Source: Truepera sp. (lineage in GTDB: Bacteria; Deinococcota; Deinococci; Deinococcales; Trueperaceae). From it: a DNA stretch of 64,000 bases. The DNA is taken from NCBI GenBank assembly GCA_965218435.1, contig CBDCKW010000009.1, positions 3,520,001 to 3,584,000 of the forward strand, written 5' to 3'. The notes below the pieces were generated by a model that worked only from the letters and a program-made list of their open reading frames with translations, did no database searches and had not been told where the DNA came from. Positions 11,370 through 20,804 of the stretch are shown here, piece by piece (position 1 is the stretch's first letter; every line of letters starts with the position of its first letter). Position numbers and translations under genes: made by a program.

Positions 11370-13544
11370 GTGGAGTTTCAGCATGTAACCTACCTGTGGG
11401 ACGATGAGAAAGCGGCAGCTTTAGACCCGGTTGAGCGGCTCGTCTACCGCTCGAACTTGTTAGGCCAAGACCAGCGCATCACCAATACGGGCGGCGGCAA
11501 CACTTCGGCGAAACTCACCATGAAGGACCCGCTGAGCGGCGAAGACGTACAAATCCTCTGGGTTAAAGGTTCGGGCGGCGACCTCCGGACGGCCAAACGG
11601 GAGAACTTCGCTTCACTCTATATGCGGAAATTGGAGGCGCTTAAAGCTATTTATGAAGCTGCACCCGATAAAGGTGTCAAAACGCCCATCGAAGACGAGA
11701 TGGTAGCACTGTATCCGCATACAGTTTATGGGCTCAACTCGAGAGCCTCATCAATAGACACGCCGCTGCACGCGTTTATCCCCTTTAAGCATGTGGACCA
11801 CACCCACCCGAACGCGGTGATTGCAGTTGCGGCGTCTGAAAACGGTGAGGCGCTCACCCGTGAAATTTACGGCGATGAGGTCGGCTGGATACCGTGGCAA
11901 CGCCCTGGATTTGACTTAGGCTTAAAGATGCAAAAGATGGTCGAAGAGAATCCGAACCTCAGAGGTCTGGTGATGGGGCAGCACGGGCTGATCAACTGGG
12001 CGGACGACGACAAGGCGTGTTATGAACTGACCCTGACGCTGATTGAAAAGGCGGCGCGGTTTATTGAGGCTAGAGACAAGGGCGCAGCGACGTTCGGCGA
12101 GCAGAAGGTTGCGCAGGTTGGCGAAACAGACCGCAATGAACTTTTACGGCGCGTTTTGCCTGTTTTACGGGGGCTGGTTTCACAAAAAAATCGGTTTGTG
12201 GCGACGGTGGAGGCAAGGGCGGAAGTTTTGGAGTTCGTTTGCAGCTACGACGCGCCCCGTTTAGCTGAACTCGGGACGAGTTGCCCCGACCACTTTTTGC
12301 GCACCAAAATCAAACCGCTTTATCTTGACTGGACCCCGGACGAGGGGGTAGAGGCGCTGCTTGATGGGCTCGAGCCCGCGCTGGCGCGTTACCGCACCGA
12401 TTACACGGCCTACTACGAAACGTGCAGACATCCTGACTCACCGCCGCTACGTGACCCTAACCCGACCGTCATCCTTATTCCTGGTGTCGGCATGATTGCT
12501 TTCGGTAAAAACAAGAGCGAATCACGCGTGACGGCTGAGTTTTACACCTGCGCGGTCGCAGTGATGCGCGGCGCGGAGGCTATCGGTCACTACGTTTCAC
12601 TGCCTGCCCAAGAAGCCTTTGACATCGAATACTGGGCGCTCGAGGAAGCTAAACTCCGCCGGATGCCGCCTGAAAAAGAGTTTGCCCGCAGCGTCGTCGT
12701 AGTTGTCGGAGCGGGTAGCGGCATCGGCCGTGCGGTGGCTGAACGTGTGGCGGCAGAGGGCGCACACGTCGTCGCAGCAGACTTGAGTTTAGACGCGGCG
12801 CAGGCGACAGCGGACATTTTGACAGAGCAGTACGGCGTGGGTATCGGCGTGTCGGGAAAGGGCGTGTCAGGCTGCGGCCCCGCGCTCGGCGTACAGGTTG
12901 ACGTGACGAATCGCCCCAGCATTCAGGAGATGTTTGAGCAGGTCGTTCTGGCTTACGGCGGCGTTGATACCATCATCGTCACCGCAGGCATCTTTATCTC
13001 ACCTGACGCTGGCGGACACATTCCCGACGACGGTTGGGCGAAGACGTTTGGTATCAACGTGACAGGCGGTTATCTCGTCGCCGACGAAGCGCGGCGTATC
13101 TGGGCGGCGCAGGGGCTGAGCGGCAGTCTGGTTTTGACGACGAGTGTCAACGGGGCCGTGCCGAAAAAGGGTTCTTTGGCTTACGACACTTCAAAAGCGG
13201 CGGCGAACCATTTGGTGCGGGAATTGGCGCTCGAGCTTTCTCCCCTCGTCCGGGTCAACGGTCTGGCCCCGGCAACCGTCGTCGAAGGTAGCGCGATGTT
13301 TCCCAGGGAGCGTGTGATCAGTTCACTCACCAAATATGACATATCTTTTACTGAATCTGAGAGTACCGAAGCCTTACGCGACAAACTCTCCGCCTTTTAC
13401 GCCGAACGCACGCTGACTAAATCCCCGATTACCTTAGCTGACCAAGCCGAAGCCGCCTATCTATTGGCAAGCAGCAAGCTGGCTAAAACAACCGGTCAGA
13501 TTTTAAGTGTAGATGGGGGCTTGCCGGAGGCGTTTTTACGGTAA
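11370..13544 (+). CDS. rhaEW: Bifunctional rhamnulose-1-phosphate aldolase / short-chain dehydrogenase
   Basis: GGGNTSAK, VKGSGGD, SIDTPLH, DHTH, CPDHFLRTK plus SDR domain (GAGSGIG, YDTSK). Confidence 0.9.
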   Translation: MEFQHVTYLWDDEKAAALDPVERLVYRSNLLGQDQRITNTGGGNTSAKLTMKDPLSGEDVQILWVKGSGGDLRTAKRENFASLYMRKLEALKAIYEAAPDKGVKTPIEDEMVALYPHTVYGLNSRASSIDTPLHAFIPFKHVDHTHPNAVIAVAASENGEALTREIYGDEVGWIPWQRPGFDLGLKMQKMVEENPNLRGLVMGQHGLINWADDDKACYELTLTLIEKAARFIEARDKGAATFGEQKVAQVGETDRNELLRRVLPVLRGLVSQKNRFVATVEARAEVLEFVCSYDAPRLAELGTSCPDHFLRTKIKPLYLDWTPDEGVEALLDGLEPALARYRTDYTAYYETCRHPDSPPLRDPNPTVILIPGVGMIAFGKNKSESRVTAEFYTCAVAVMRGAEAIGHYVSLPAQEAFDIEYWALEEAKLRRMPPEKEFARSVVVVVGAGSGIGRAVAERVAAEGAHVVAADLSLDAAQATADILTEQYGVGIGVSGKGVSGCGPALGVQVDVTNRPSIQEMFEQVVLAYGGVDTIIVTAGIFISPDAGGHIPDDGWAKTFGINVTGGYLVADEARRIWAAQGLSGSLVLTTSVNGAVPKKGSLAYDTSKAAANHLVRELALELSPLVRVNGLAPATVVEGSAMFPRERVISSLTKYDISFTESESTEALRDKLSAFYAERTLTKSPITLADQAEAAYLLASSKLAKTTGQILSVDGGLPEAFLR

Positions 13545-13583
13545 AGACGTTTGGCAAGTCCTTTTTAGCTTTAGGATGAACTT

Positions 13584-14453
13584 ATGAAACTTGCATGGAT
13601 CGGTCTTGGAACGATGGGTGCGCCGATGGCGCAGCGGTTGGTAGACGCAGGGTATAACGTGACGGTACACAACCGTACCCGTAAACGAGAAGAGAGTGTT
13701 ACAGGCGCAAAACGCGCTGCCAGCCCCCAAGAAGCCGCGTCGGACTGCGACATCGTGTTTACAATGGTCAGCGATACCCCGGACGCTGAAGCCGTGATTA
13801 CCGGTGAAAAGGGTGCGCTGTACGGGATGAAACCCGGCAGCGTCCTCGTAGATATGAGCACCATCAGCCCGAGCGTGACGCAAATGTTAGCCGCGCAGCT
13901 CTCTGAAAAAGATGTGGAGATGCTCGACGCACCTGTTTCCGGCGGCAGCGAAGGAGCCCAAAAGGGAACGCTCGCGGTGATGGTCGGGGGCAAAGCTGAA
14001 GTCTTGGAGCGCGTCCGGGACGTACTTTCGCACCTCGCCAAGTCTGTAACTTATGTGGGGCCGTCCGGCAGTGGGCAACTCGTCAAAGCGATCAACCAGG
14101 TCGTGATTGCCGGGACGTATGCAGCAGTTGCTGAAGGGATGGCGGTGGGTCTAGCTGCAAACCTCGATATGGACGCGGTGGTTTCGGCGATTGCAGGCGG
14201 CGCGGCGGGGTCTTGGGTCTTAGAAAACCGCAGCGGCAACATGATTCGGGGTGAGTATCCGCTCGGATTTCGGACGCGGCTGCACCGCAAAGATTTAGGG
14301 ATTGCGCTCTCAGCGGCCAGGGATTTGGGTGTCCCGCTTCAGGTTACGGCGCTCGTGGAACAGCTCGAGACCGGCCTGATTAAACGCGGCTACGGCGACG
14401 AAGACGTGTCGAACATCGCCCGTGCGGTGCGGGAAAGTGCAGGGCTGAAATGA
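13584..14453 (+). CDS. NAD(P)-dependent beta-hydroxyacid dehydrogenase
   Basis: IGLGTMGAPMA, DAPVSGG, KAINQ, KDL. Confidence 0.9.
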   Translation: MKLAWIGLGTMGAPMAQRLVDAGYNVTVHNRTRKREESVTGAKRAASPQEAASDCDIVFTMVSDTPDAEAVITGEKGALYGMKPGSVLVDMSTISPSVTQMLAAQLSEKDVEMLDAPVSGGSEGAQKGTLAVMVGGKAEVLERVRDVLSHLAKSVTYVGPSGSGQLVKAINQVVIAGTYAAVAEGMAVGLAANLDMDAVVSAIAGGAAGSWVLENRSGNMIRGEYPLGFRTRLHRKDLGIALSAARDLGVPLQVTALVEQLETGLIKRGYGDEDVSNIARAVRESAGLK

Positions 14454-14989
14454 GTTTGGGTGAAGCTTACCTGACCGACGTTCGGAGCCGTTTCGTCAGC
14501 CTGAAAAAGCTGGCAGATGACGCGCTGGGGCAAGCTGACGCTGACTTTTTTACCGTGTCTGGGCCGGAGGATAACAGTTTAGCTGTCATCGTCAAACACC
14601 TGAGCGGGAATATGGTCTCGAGGTGGGGCAATTTGAGTGAAGACGGGGAGAGTGAGACTAGGGACCGAGACGCCGAGTTCGTCATTTCGGAAAGTCAGGA
14701 AGGATTACTAGTGCTTTGGGAAAAGGGCTGGACAACGGTTTTTGACGCTCTGGACTCGCTAACGCCTGACAACCTTTTGGACACCGTAACGATTCGCGGC
14801 GAAGCGCATACTGTTTTGCAGGCCATCAACCGCCAGCTGAGCCACTACGCCTGTCATGTGGGACAAATCGTTTTTCTCGCCAAGCACTTTTGCGGTGAGG
14901 TGTGGGAGAGCTTGAGTATTCCGCGTGGCGAGTCGGTAGCGTTTAACGAGAAGATGATGGGCAAGTCAAAAGAAGATGGGGCAGCCTGA
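14450..14989 (+). CDS. DUF1572/DinB-superfamily protein
   Basis: NSLAVIVKHLSGNMVSRW, RDRDAEF, HYACHVGQIV, SIPRG. Confidence 0.8.
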   Translation: MSLGEAYLTDVRSRFVSLKKLADDALGQADADFFTVSGPEDNSLAVIVKHLSGNMVSRWGNLSEDGESETRDRDAEFVISESQEGLLVLWEKGWTTVFDALDSLTPDNLLDTVTIRGEAHTVLQAINRQLSHYACHVGQIVFLAKHFCGEVWESLSIPRGESVAFNEKMMGKSKEDGAA

Positions 14990-14999
14990 ACTGCCCCGT
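14976..14999. terminator. Hairpin between convergent genes
   Basis: ATGGGGCAG-cctgaa-CTGCCCCGT, no clear U-tract. Confidence 0.4.
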
Positions 15000-15013
15000 A
15001 TAGCGAACTTAGC

Positions 15014-16000
15014 TTAGCGGCGGCTTGCTAATGTTAGCCAAGCCGGTTCGATGTCGTAACCGAGCGCCCGGTTGACCCGCAAAATCGGCGTGTCGGTGCC
15101 CGCGCCGCCTGAGTTGATGTGAGTGTGTCCTAACTGCTTGGCCGCGTCAGCACTTAAGGCTTTGAGGACGCGCCCGATACCTCGGTAGCGGTAGGGGGCG
15201 GTGACGGCGGTGAGGCCGGAGTGCAGCATCCGGTCGCCCCGGTCTACGCTTGCTACGCCTATGATCTCTTTGTCTTTGACGGCAACCATAACTGTCTCGG
15301 GAAACGTGGCTTCGTCCTCTACATCGTCAAACTCAGCGGTAGCGATGGGCTCAAAGAGCGGCATGTCGCGTTTGGCTTCGGCGTGAAGAGCTTGGACTTT
15401 ACTGTGTTTTTCGGGGTCGTCAAGCGTTTGATAGGGGAGAAAGCTGAAACCGTTTTGCTCGAGCCCCTCCTTCAATTCTTGAAACCTGTTGACATCAAAC
15501 GCCGTGAGGTCGAAGTGTCCGCCCCACGTCCGGCCTTGCTCGAGGAAGTTTTCATCCCGTAAAAATCCGGCGGGCTCCGTAAAATCCTCTCGGACGACGG
15601 TCCAAACTTCTTTAGCGGGAGGCTTTAAGTCTTCGAGCGCGTAGTGCAGCATTTGGGTGTCTACACCTTGGTTCCGGTAGTCAGCCCGGACGTAGAGACC
15701 CACCCAGTAGCGTTCCGAGTAGCGCATCCCGCCCCAATCGTGGCGAAGATAGCCGGTCGCAATGATTTCATCGTCTAAAACAGCGACGTAGCGACGGTAA
15801 AACGGGTCTTGCCCTGTCAGCTTCAGGTCGAGACGTTTTAACTGCTCGGGGGTGTAGTGAAAATCGGGTTCGTTTTGGGCGTTATGGATTTCTGAGACGG
15901 CCGCGTAGTCGTCCCCTGTCGGTTGCCGAAAGGCAAGTCCTGCTTTGGGTGACAAAGTATGCTCCTTGTACATGTCGAGGTTGTAGGTTTCTGGAGACAT
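15014..16000 (-). CDS. Tandem GNAT-family acetyltransferase
   Basis: Two acetyl-CoA motifs: VRADYRNQGV and VTAPYRYRGIGRVLK...VNRALGY. Confidence 0.8.
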   Translation of the reverse strand: MSPETYNLDMYKEHTLSPKAGLAFRQPTGDDYAAVSEIHNAQNEPDFHYTPEQLKRLDLKLTGQDPFYRRYVAVLDDEIIATGYLRHDWGGMRYSERYWVGLYVRADYRNQGVDTQMLHYALEDLKPPAKEVWTVVREDFTEPAGFLRDENFLEQGRTWGGHFDLTAFDVNRFQELKEGLEQNGFSFLPYQTLDDPEKHSKVQALHAEAKRDMPLFEPIATAEFDDVEDEATFPETVMVAVKDKEIIGVASVDRGDRMLHSGLTAVTAPYRYRGIGRVLKALSADAAKQLGHTHINSGGAGTDTPILRVNRALGYDIEPAWLTLASRR

Positions 16001-16123
16001 TTAGGTCGCGGTAGACAATCATGAGTCACCCTCTTTCGGTCAGATGGCTGAGTTTAGATGATGCACACGGTTTCTGCAAGCTGTAACCTTGACAGACCCT
16101 GCTATACGCCCGACCATAAAGGT

Positions 16124-17458
16124 ATGACCCTCGCTACACCGCCCCGCGTCCCCGGCCACCCGATTTTGGGTAACTTGCCCGCCTACCGTGACAATCCGCT
16201 CGTTTTTGGCCGCCAAGTCTCAGCCGAATACGGCGACGTGGTGGACTTGCGTATCCTGAACCGCCGCATCTTTTTGCTCTCTCGTCCCGAACACATCCAT
16301 CAGGTTTTAGTCAAAGACGCCGACAAGTTTCATAAATCGCCGGTCTACCGCATTTTTCTGGGCCGTGCGCTCGGTGAAGGTTTGCTGACCAGCGAGGGCG
16401 ACTTTTGGAAGCGGCAACGCAAACTGGCGCAACCTGCGTTTCATTACGGGCGGATTCAGAGCTACGCCGAGACGATGGTCGAATATGCGGACGTGACAGC
16501 AAAGCGTTGGGCTGCTAAGGAGACGGTTCAGGTAGGTCAAGAAATGGCCCGGTTGACGCTCGAGGTCGTCTGCCGGACCCTCTTTAGCACCGATATTCGC
16601 GGTCAAGCCGACCGTATCGGTCACGCGCTCACAGAGCTTTTAGAAGCTGTCACCGAGGCGACGGGTGCGCCGGTTTTTTTACCTGAATGGTTGCCGACAA
16701 GGAACAACCGCCGCATCCGGCGCGGCGTCGCTGAGCTTGACAGTGTGATCATGCCACTGATTGAGGAACGTAGGCGAAGCGGCGACGATACCGGTGACCT
16801 GCTCTCGATGCTGCTCTTAGCCCGCGACGAAGACGGTAACGGCATGAGCGATAAGCAAGTCCGTGATGAGGCCGTGACCATTGTGTTAGCTGGACACGAA
16901 ACGACGGCGAACGCACTTACCTGGGCTTGGGTGCTGCTGGCGCAACACCCGGAGGTTGAAGCGAAACTTCACGCGGAGCTAGATACGGTTTTAGAGGGCG
17001 AATTGCCGAGGTTAGAACACGTCCGGCGGCTCCCTTATACCGATATGGTGATGAAAGAGACGATGCGCCTCTACCCACCCATCCCCGAGTTCGGGCGGCA
17101 GGCGACGGAAGACGTGCAGCTCGGGGACTACGCGGTTCCGGCGGGCACCATCATCATCGTCCCAGTCTACGCGGTCCATCACGACGCCCGTTGGTTTGAA
17201 AGCCCTGATGCATTTCGCCCGGAACGTTTCTCTAAAGACGCGGCTGCAACGCTGCCTAAGTTCGCCTATCTGCCCTTTAGCGGTGGGCCGCGCGTGTGTA
17301 TCGGCAACAGTTTCGCGCAGATGGAGTCGGTGCTGCTCTTAGCAACTTTGGCGCAACGCTACCGGCTCAGCTTGACACCGGGTCAGAGCGTCACGCCCGA
17401 AGCGACGCTGACCCTCCGGCCTCAAGAGACACTGACGATGCATCTTCACCCGCGCTAA
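16124..17458 (+). CDS. Cytochrome P450
   Basis: AGHETTA, ETMR, PERF, heme motif FSGGPRVCIG. ATG 16124 preferred. Confidence 0.95.
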   Translation: MTLATPPRVPGHPILGNLPAYRDNPLVFGRQVSAEYGDVVDLRILNRRIFLLSRPEHIHQVLVKDADKFHKSPVYRIFLGRALGEGLLTSEGDFWKRQRKLAQPAFHYGRIQSYAETMVEYADVTAKRWAAKETVQVGQEMARLTLEVVCRTLFSTDIRGQADRIGHALTELLEAVTEATGAPVFLPEWLPTRNNRRIRRGVAELDSVIMPLIEERRRSGDDTGDLLSMLLLARDEDGNGMSDKQVRDEAVTIVLAGHETTANALTWAWVLLAQHPEVEAKLHAELDTVLEGELPRLEHVRRLPYTDMVMKETMRLYPPIPEFGRQATEDVQLGDYAVPAGTIIIVPVYAVHHDARWFESPDAFRPERFSKDAAATLPKFAYLPFSGGPRVCIGNSFAQMESVLLLATLAQRYRLSLTPGQSVTPEATLTLRPQETLTMHLHPR

Positions 17459-17461
17459 CAG

Positions 17462-18184
17462 CTAACGCCGCGCCACCACCCAGATACGTTCGGTCTCGTC
17501 AGTTGCCGGGTAACCGTGTGGATAGGTCACGGTTTGGACGTCCCGAAACCCTGCCTCGTTTAAGAGCAGCTTGACCTCTCTGGGGTCATAGGGGCGCTCG
17601 AGATGCACTTCGGTAAAGCTCCGCGCCCCTTTTTCGCAGTACGCCACAACTTTGGCGAGCTTCGTTTCCTCGTCAAATGAGTGCGTCCAGAGATAGTACA
17701 CGTCATCTACCCAGCCCTCGGCGCGGTCGTCTTCCCAGAGGTTGCGGAGGCCCACAGTCGTATTGACATCGAAAATAAAGAGGCCGTTCGGTTTTAAGTG
17801 CCGTAAAACCTGTTCGGCGCAGCGGCGAAAATCGTGGGGGTCTAAGAGGTTGTTGAGCGAATCGAAAACGGACACTGCGAGGTCGAAGGTTTTGCCCAGT
17901 TCAAAAGCTGTAAAGTCGCCCTCGACAAAAGTCGCTTTAGGGAGCTTGGTCCGGGCGACGCTGAGCATCTCCGGCGAACGGTCTATCCCGGTGACGTGCA
18001 ACCCCAACTCTACAAACGGCGCAGACGAGTTGCCGGTGCCGCAGCCCAAATCGAGGATACGCCTGACCTCTAAGCCTTCACCGAGCGCGATGTCTAAGAT
18101 AAAGTCGGCCCACGCGCCGTATTCGACGTCGCTCATAATCACGTCGTAAACCTCGGCCAAAAGGCTGAACGGTTCTGCCTGCAC
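17462..18184 (-). CDS. Class I SAM-dependent methyltransferase
   Basis: LDLGCGTG, GIDRSPEML, FDSLNNL. TATACT 5 nt before GTG. Confidence 0.9.
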   Translation of the reverse strand: MQAEPFSLLAEVYDVIMSDVEYGAWADFILDIALGEGLEVRRILDLGCGTGNSSAPFVELGLHVTGIDRSPEMLSVARTKLPKATFVEGDFTAFELGKTFDLAVSVFDSLNNLLDPHDFRRCAEQVLRHLKPNGLFIFDVNTTVGLRNLWEDDRAEGWVDDVYYLWTHSFDEETKLAKVVAYCEKGARSFTEVHLERPYDPREVKLLLNEAGFRDVQTVTYPHGYPATDETERIWVVARR

Positions 18185-18261
18185 AGCTAAGTATAATCAC
18201 CTGTAACGCCGCGCCTGCTTTTTGTCCGCTTCAGGTTTTTACGGCGTGGCCCGGAGGAATC

Positions 18262-18732
18262 ATGATCGAACCTCGAGATTTCCGTAACGCTTTAGGCCGC
18301 TTTGCCAGCGGCGTCACCGTCGTCACGATCCCCGACGAGAACGAACCCGCCGGTGTTCGGGGGATTACCGCCAACGCGTTTGTCTCAGTGTCTTTGTCGC
18401 CGCCCTTAGTGCTCGTCTCGATTGACAAAAAAGCCAGGGCACACATGCCCCTGATGAACGCCGAGCGTTACGGCGTGAGCATCTTAGCCGAGGCGCAAGC
18501 TGACGTGAGCGACCATTTCGCGGGTCGCCCCGAGGCGCAGGTAACGCCTGAGTTTACTGAACTAGACGAGTTTACAGTCATTGCAGGGGCCGCCGCGCAT
18601 CTCGTTTGCCGCGTGACCGAACAGCACGAAGCGGGCGACCACACGCTCTTTATCGGCGAGGTCGAGGCGCTCGAGGTTTACGAAGAAGCGCCCTTAATCT
18701 ATTTTAGAGGCAAGTACGAGGGGCTCGCATGA
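18262..18732 (+). CDS. Flavin reductase-like protein
   Basis: FRNALGRFASGVTVVT, SVSLSPPLV, AGDHTLFIGEV. GGAGG RBS. Confidence 0.92.
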   Translation: MIEPRDFRNALGRFASGVTVVTIPDENEPAGVRGITANAFVSVSLSPPLVLVSIDKKARAHMPLMNAERYGVSILAEAQADVSDHFAGRPEAQVTPEFTELDEFTVIAGAAAHLVCRVTEQHEAGDHTLFIGEVEALEVYEEAPLIYFRGKYEGLA

Positions 18733-19016
18733 CGCAAGCGGCGACGCCTGAGCAAGCCCAGGCCCTGACCGACCTCTTAGCGCGTTGGGACGCTGAACTA
18801 AGACGCCTCATGGCCTACCCTGACCTATCTCAAGATACAGCTGTCCGCCTCAATCAGAGCCGCCGCATCTTAGAAAACTACCGCCGCGTTCTTAAAACCG
18901 ACCTCGCTGCGGGTATCGAAAAGGTTCCGGCGGCCGAACTCTTCCGGGCGATCAGCACCGCCGAAGCGTCCTTGCAGCAACTCTCTGGCTTGGGGGCCAC
19001 GCTTTCCGGCACGTAA
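18729..19016 (+). CDS. Hypothetical helical protein
   Basis: ATGA overlap with the flavin reductase. No recognised motif. Confidence 0.65.
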   Translation: MTQAATPEQAQALTDLLARWDAELRRLMAYPDLSQDTAVRLNQSRRILENYRRVLKTDLAAGIEKVPAAELFRAISTAEASLQQLSGLGATLSGT

Positions 19017-19085
19017 GCCAGTCCTGCATTCCGGAAGGTGCATAAACAGGGTTGCATGCTACAGCTTTTGGTGTAAACTAACTAT

Positions 19086-19155
19086 AGAACTTTGAGGGTT
19101 GCATCTCCGCACCCCGCTGCCCCCCCGGCGGAGGTCCTCTCGAAGTTCTTTTTTT
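19086..19155 (+). ncRNA. Candidate small RNA (long hairpin, C-rich loop, U-tract)
   Basis: TAAACT at 19074-79. AGAACTTTGAGGG pairs with CTCTCGAAGTTCT, ATCTCCGC pairs with GCGGAGGT, loop ACCCCGCTGCCCCCCCG, then T7. Confidence 0.5.
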
Positions 19156-19196
19156 ATACCCTTTTGCCCCGACTGTGCGAACCTGATCACGCCAGC

Positions 19197-20168
19197 TTAG
19201 GCCACCTGCAAAATAAGCTTACCGATGTTGAGGTTTTCTCTCATCCGCTCGTGCGCCCGTTCAGCTTCTGTTATCGGAATCACCTCGTCTACCACCGGTT
19301 TAAGCTGGCCTTCTGCAAGCGCGTGACCAAACATTTGCATAAATTTCTCTTTGAGATTGACGCGTTCTGCAAGCGGACGGCTGCGGAGCGTCGAACCTTT
19401 AAGCGTCAGACGTCTACTCATCAGCTGACGCAAGTCAAGCTCGGCGTGAGCGCCGCTCAGTGTAGCGATGACGACTAGCCGACCGCTCGTGCGGAGTAGC
19501 GCCAGGTTGCGGGCAAAGTAGTCTTGTCCGACCATATCGAGGATCACGTCAACGCCGTCCGTATGTTCTTTTAACACTTCGGCGAAGTCAATCTCGTGGT
19601 AATTAAACGCCGTTGCCCCCAACGTCTCGCAAAAGCGCACCTTTTCGGCGGTTCCGGCAGTGGCAAAAACCTGTGCGCCCGCCTCACGTGCGAGCTGAAT
19701 CGCCGCGGTTCCAACACCGCTCGCGCCGCCGTGAATCAGCACGGTTTCACCGGCCCCGAGTCCAGCCTCGAGAAACAAATTCAAGTACGCCGTCAAAAAG
19801 ACCTCGGGTAACCCGGCTGCTTCGGTCATGCTCCAGCTTTCGGGAACCGGCATTAAGAGCCCCGCCGGAGCCGCCACGTATTCGGCGTAACCACCGCCGG
19901 AGAGGAGCACGCAGACGTGTTGGCCGATCTGAACGTCAGAGACGTTCGGGCCGAGTTGTGCGGCGCTGCCGGAGACCTCGAGCCCCAAAATCTCAGACGC
20001 TCCGGGCGGGGGTGGGTAGTGACCGGCCCGCTGCGACAAGTCGGCGCGGTTGACTCCGGCGGCCCGAACGCGGATTAACACTTCACCCTCGCCGGGAACC
20101 GGGTCGGGCACGTCTTGCCAGCTGAGGGCGCGGCTGTCACTGTTAGCGTCGTAAATGATAGCTTTCAT
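19197..20168 (-). CDS. NAD(P)H-quinone oxidoreductase (PIG3/zeta-crystallin family)
   Basis: GVNRAD..QRAGHYPPPPGASEILGLEVSG, HGGASGVG, GSTLRSR. Confidence 0.92.
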   Translation of the reverse strand: MKAIIYDANSDSRALSWQDVPDPVPGEGEVLIRVRAAGVNRADLSQRAGHYPPPPGASEILGLEVSGSAAQLGPNVSDVQIGQHVCVLLSGGGYAEYVAAPAGLLMPVPESWSMTEAAGLPEVFLTAYLNLFLEAGLGAGETVLIHGGASGVGTAAIQLAREAGAQVFATAGTAEKVRFCETLGATAFNYHEIDFAEVLKEHTDGVDVILDMVGQDYFARNLALLRTSGRLVVIATLSGAHAELDLRQLMSRRLTLKGSTLRSRPLAERVNLKEKFMQMFGHALAEGQLKPVVDEVIPITEAERAHERMRENLNIGKLILQVA

Positions 20169-20244
20169 AGTCTCCCAATCAGACAAGAGGTGGGTGTAAA
20201 AAATCTTCCTGTGCAGTCTCGTACTGCTTTATACAGTACGCGTT

Positions 20245-20766
20245 ATGGAACTGCCGTTCGACCTTCGTCTGCTTATCGCTTTGGTTATTTCACTCGTGCT
20301 TATCACAGTAGCTAAAACTGCCGTTAAAAGTGGGAAATCCAAAGAAGCTGTCAGCTACCCCTACGTTCCCGCCGAGAGTCTGTTTACCAAACACGAACAG
20401 GCGTTTTTGCGGGTGCTAGAGCAAGCTGCTTGAGATTACCGCGTATTCGGCAAAGTGCGCGTTGCTGACGTAGTTGAAGTGCGTAAGGGTCTATCTAAGA
20501 GCGAGTGGCAACGCGCTTTTAACCGCATTTCACAAAAGCACATTGATTTTGTCCTCTGTTATCCCCAAAACCTCAGCGTGTGGTGCGCTGTTGAACTTGA
20601 CGATGCTTCGCATAAAAAGGTTGATCGGCGGGCAAGAGACACGACGCTGGAAAAAATCTTCGCTGCTGCTGGAGTGCCACTAGTACGCGTTCCGAGCAGG
20701 CACACTTACGACGTCGCTGAAATAAGGGCTTTACTCGACACGCAAACCATTCTAAAAGCTGCTTGA
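20245..20766 (+). pseudogene. DUF2726-family membrane-anchored protein interrupted by an in-frame TGA (20431-20433)
   Basis: Both ORF halves are in the same frame: ...LFTKHEQAFLRVLEQAA*DYRVFGKVRVADVV...KHIDFVLC...AVELDDASH...RD. Confidence 0.8.
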
Positions 20767-20804
20767 GGACGTTTCATACAACGCCCTCAGCAGAAGTTAA
20801 TTAC

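Noticed and set aside
19092..19478. 128-aa plus-strand ORF
   Set aside because: TTG start without RBS, runs through the hairpin and antisense to the quinone oxidoreductase.
20431..20433. Selenocysteine or programmed readthrough of the TGA
   Set aside because: The position is not a Cys-type catalytic site and I see no convincing SECIS-like hairpin. Nonsense mutation or read error is simpler.
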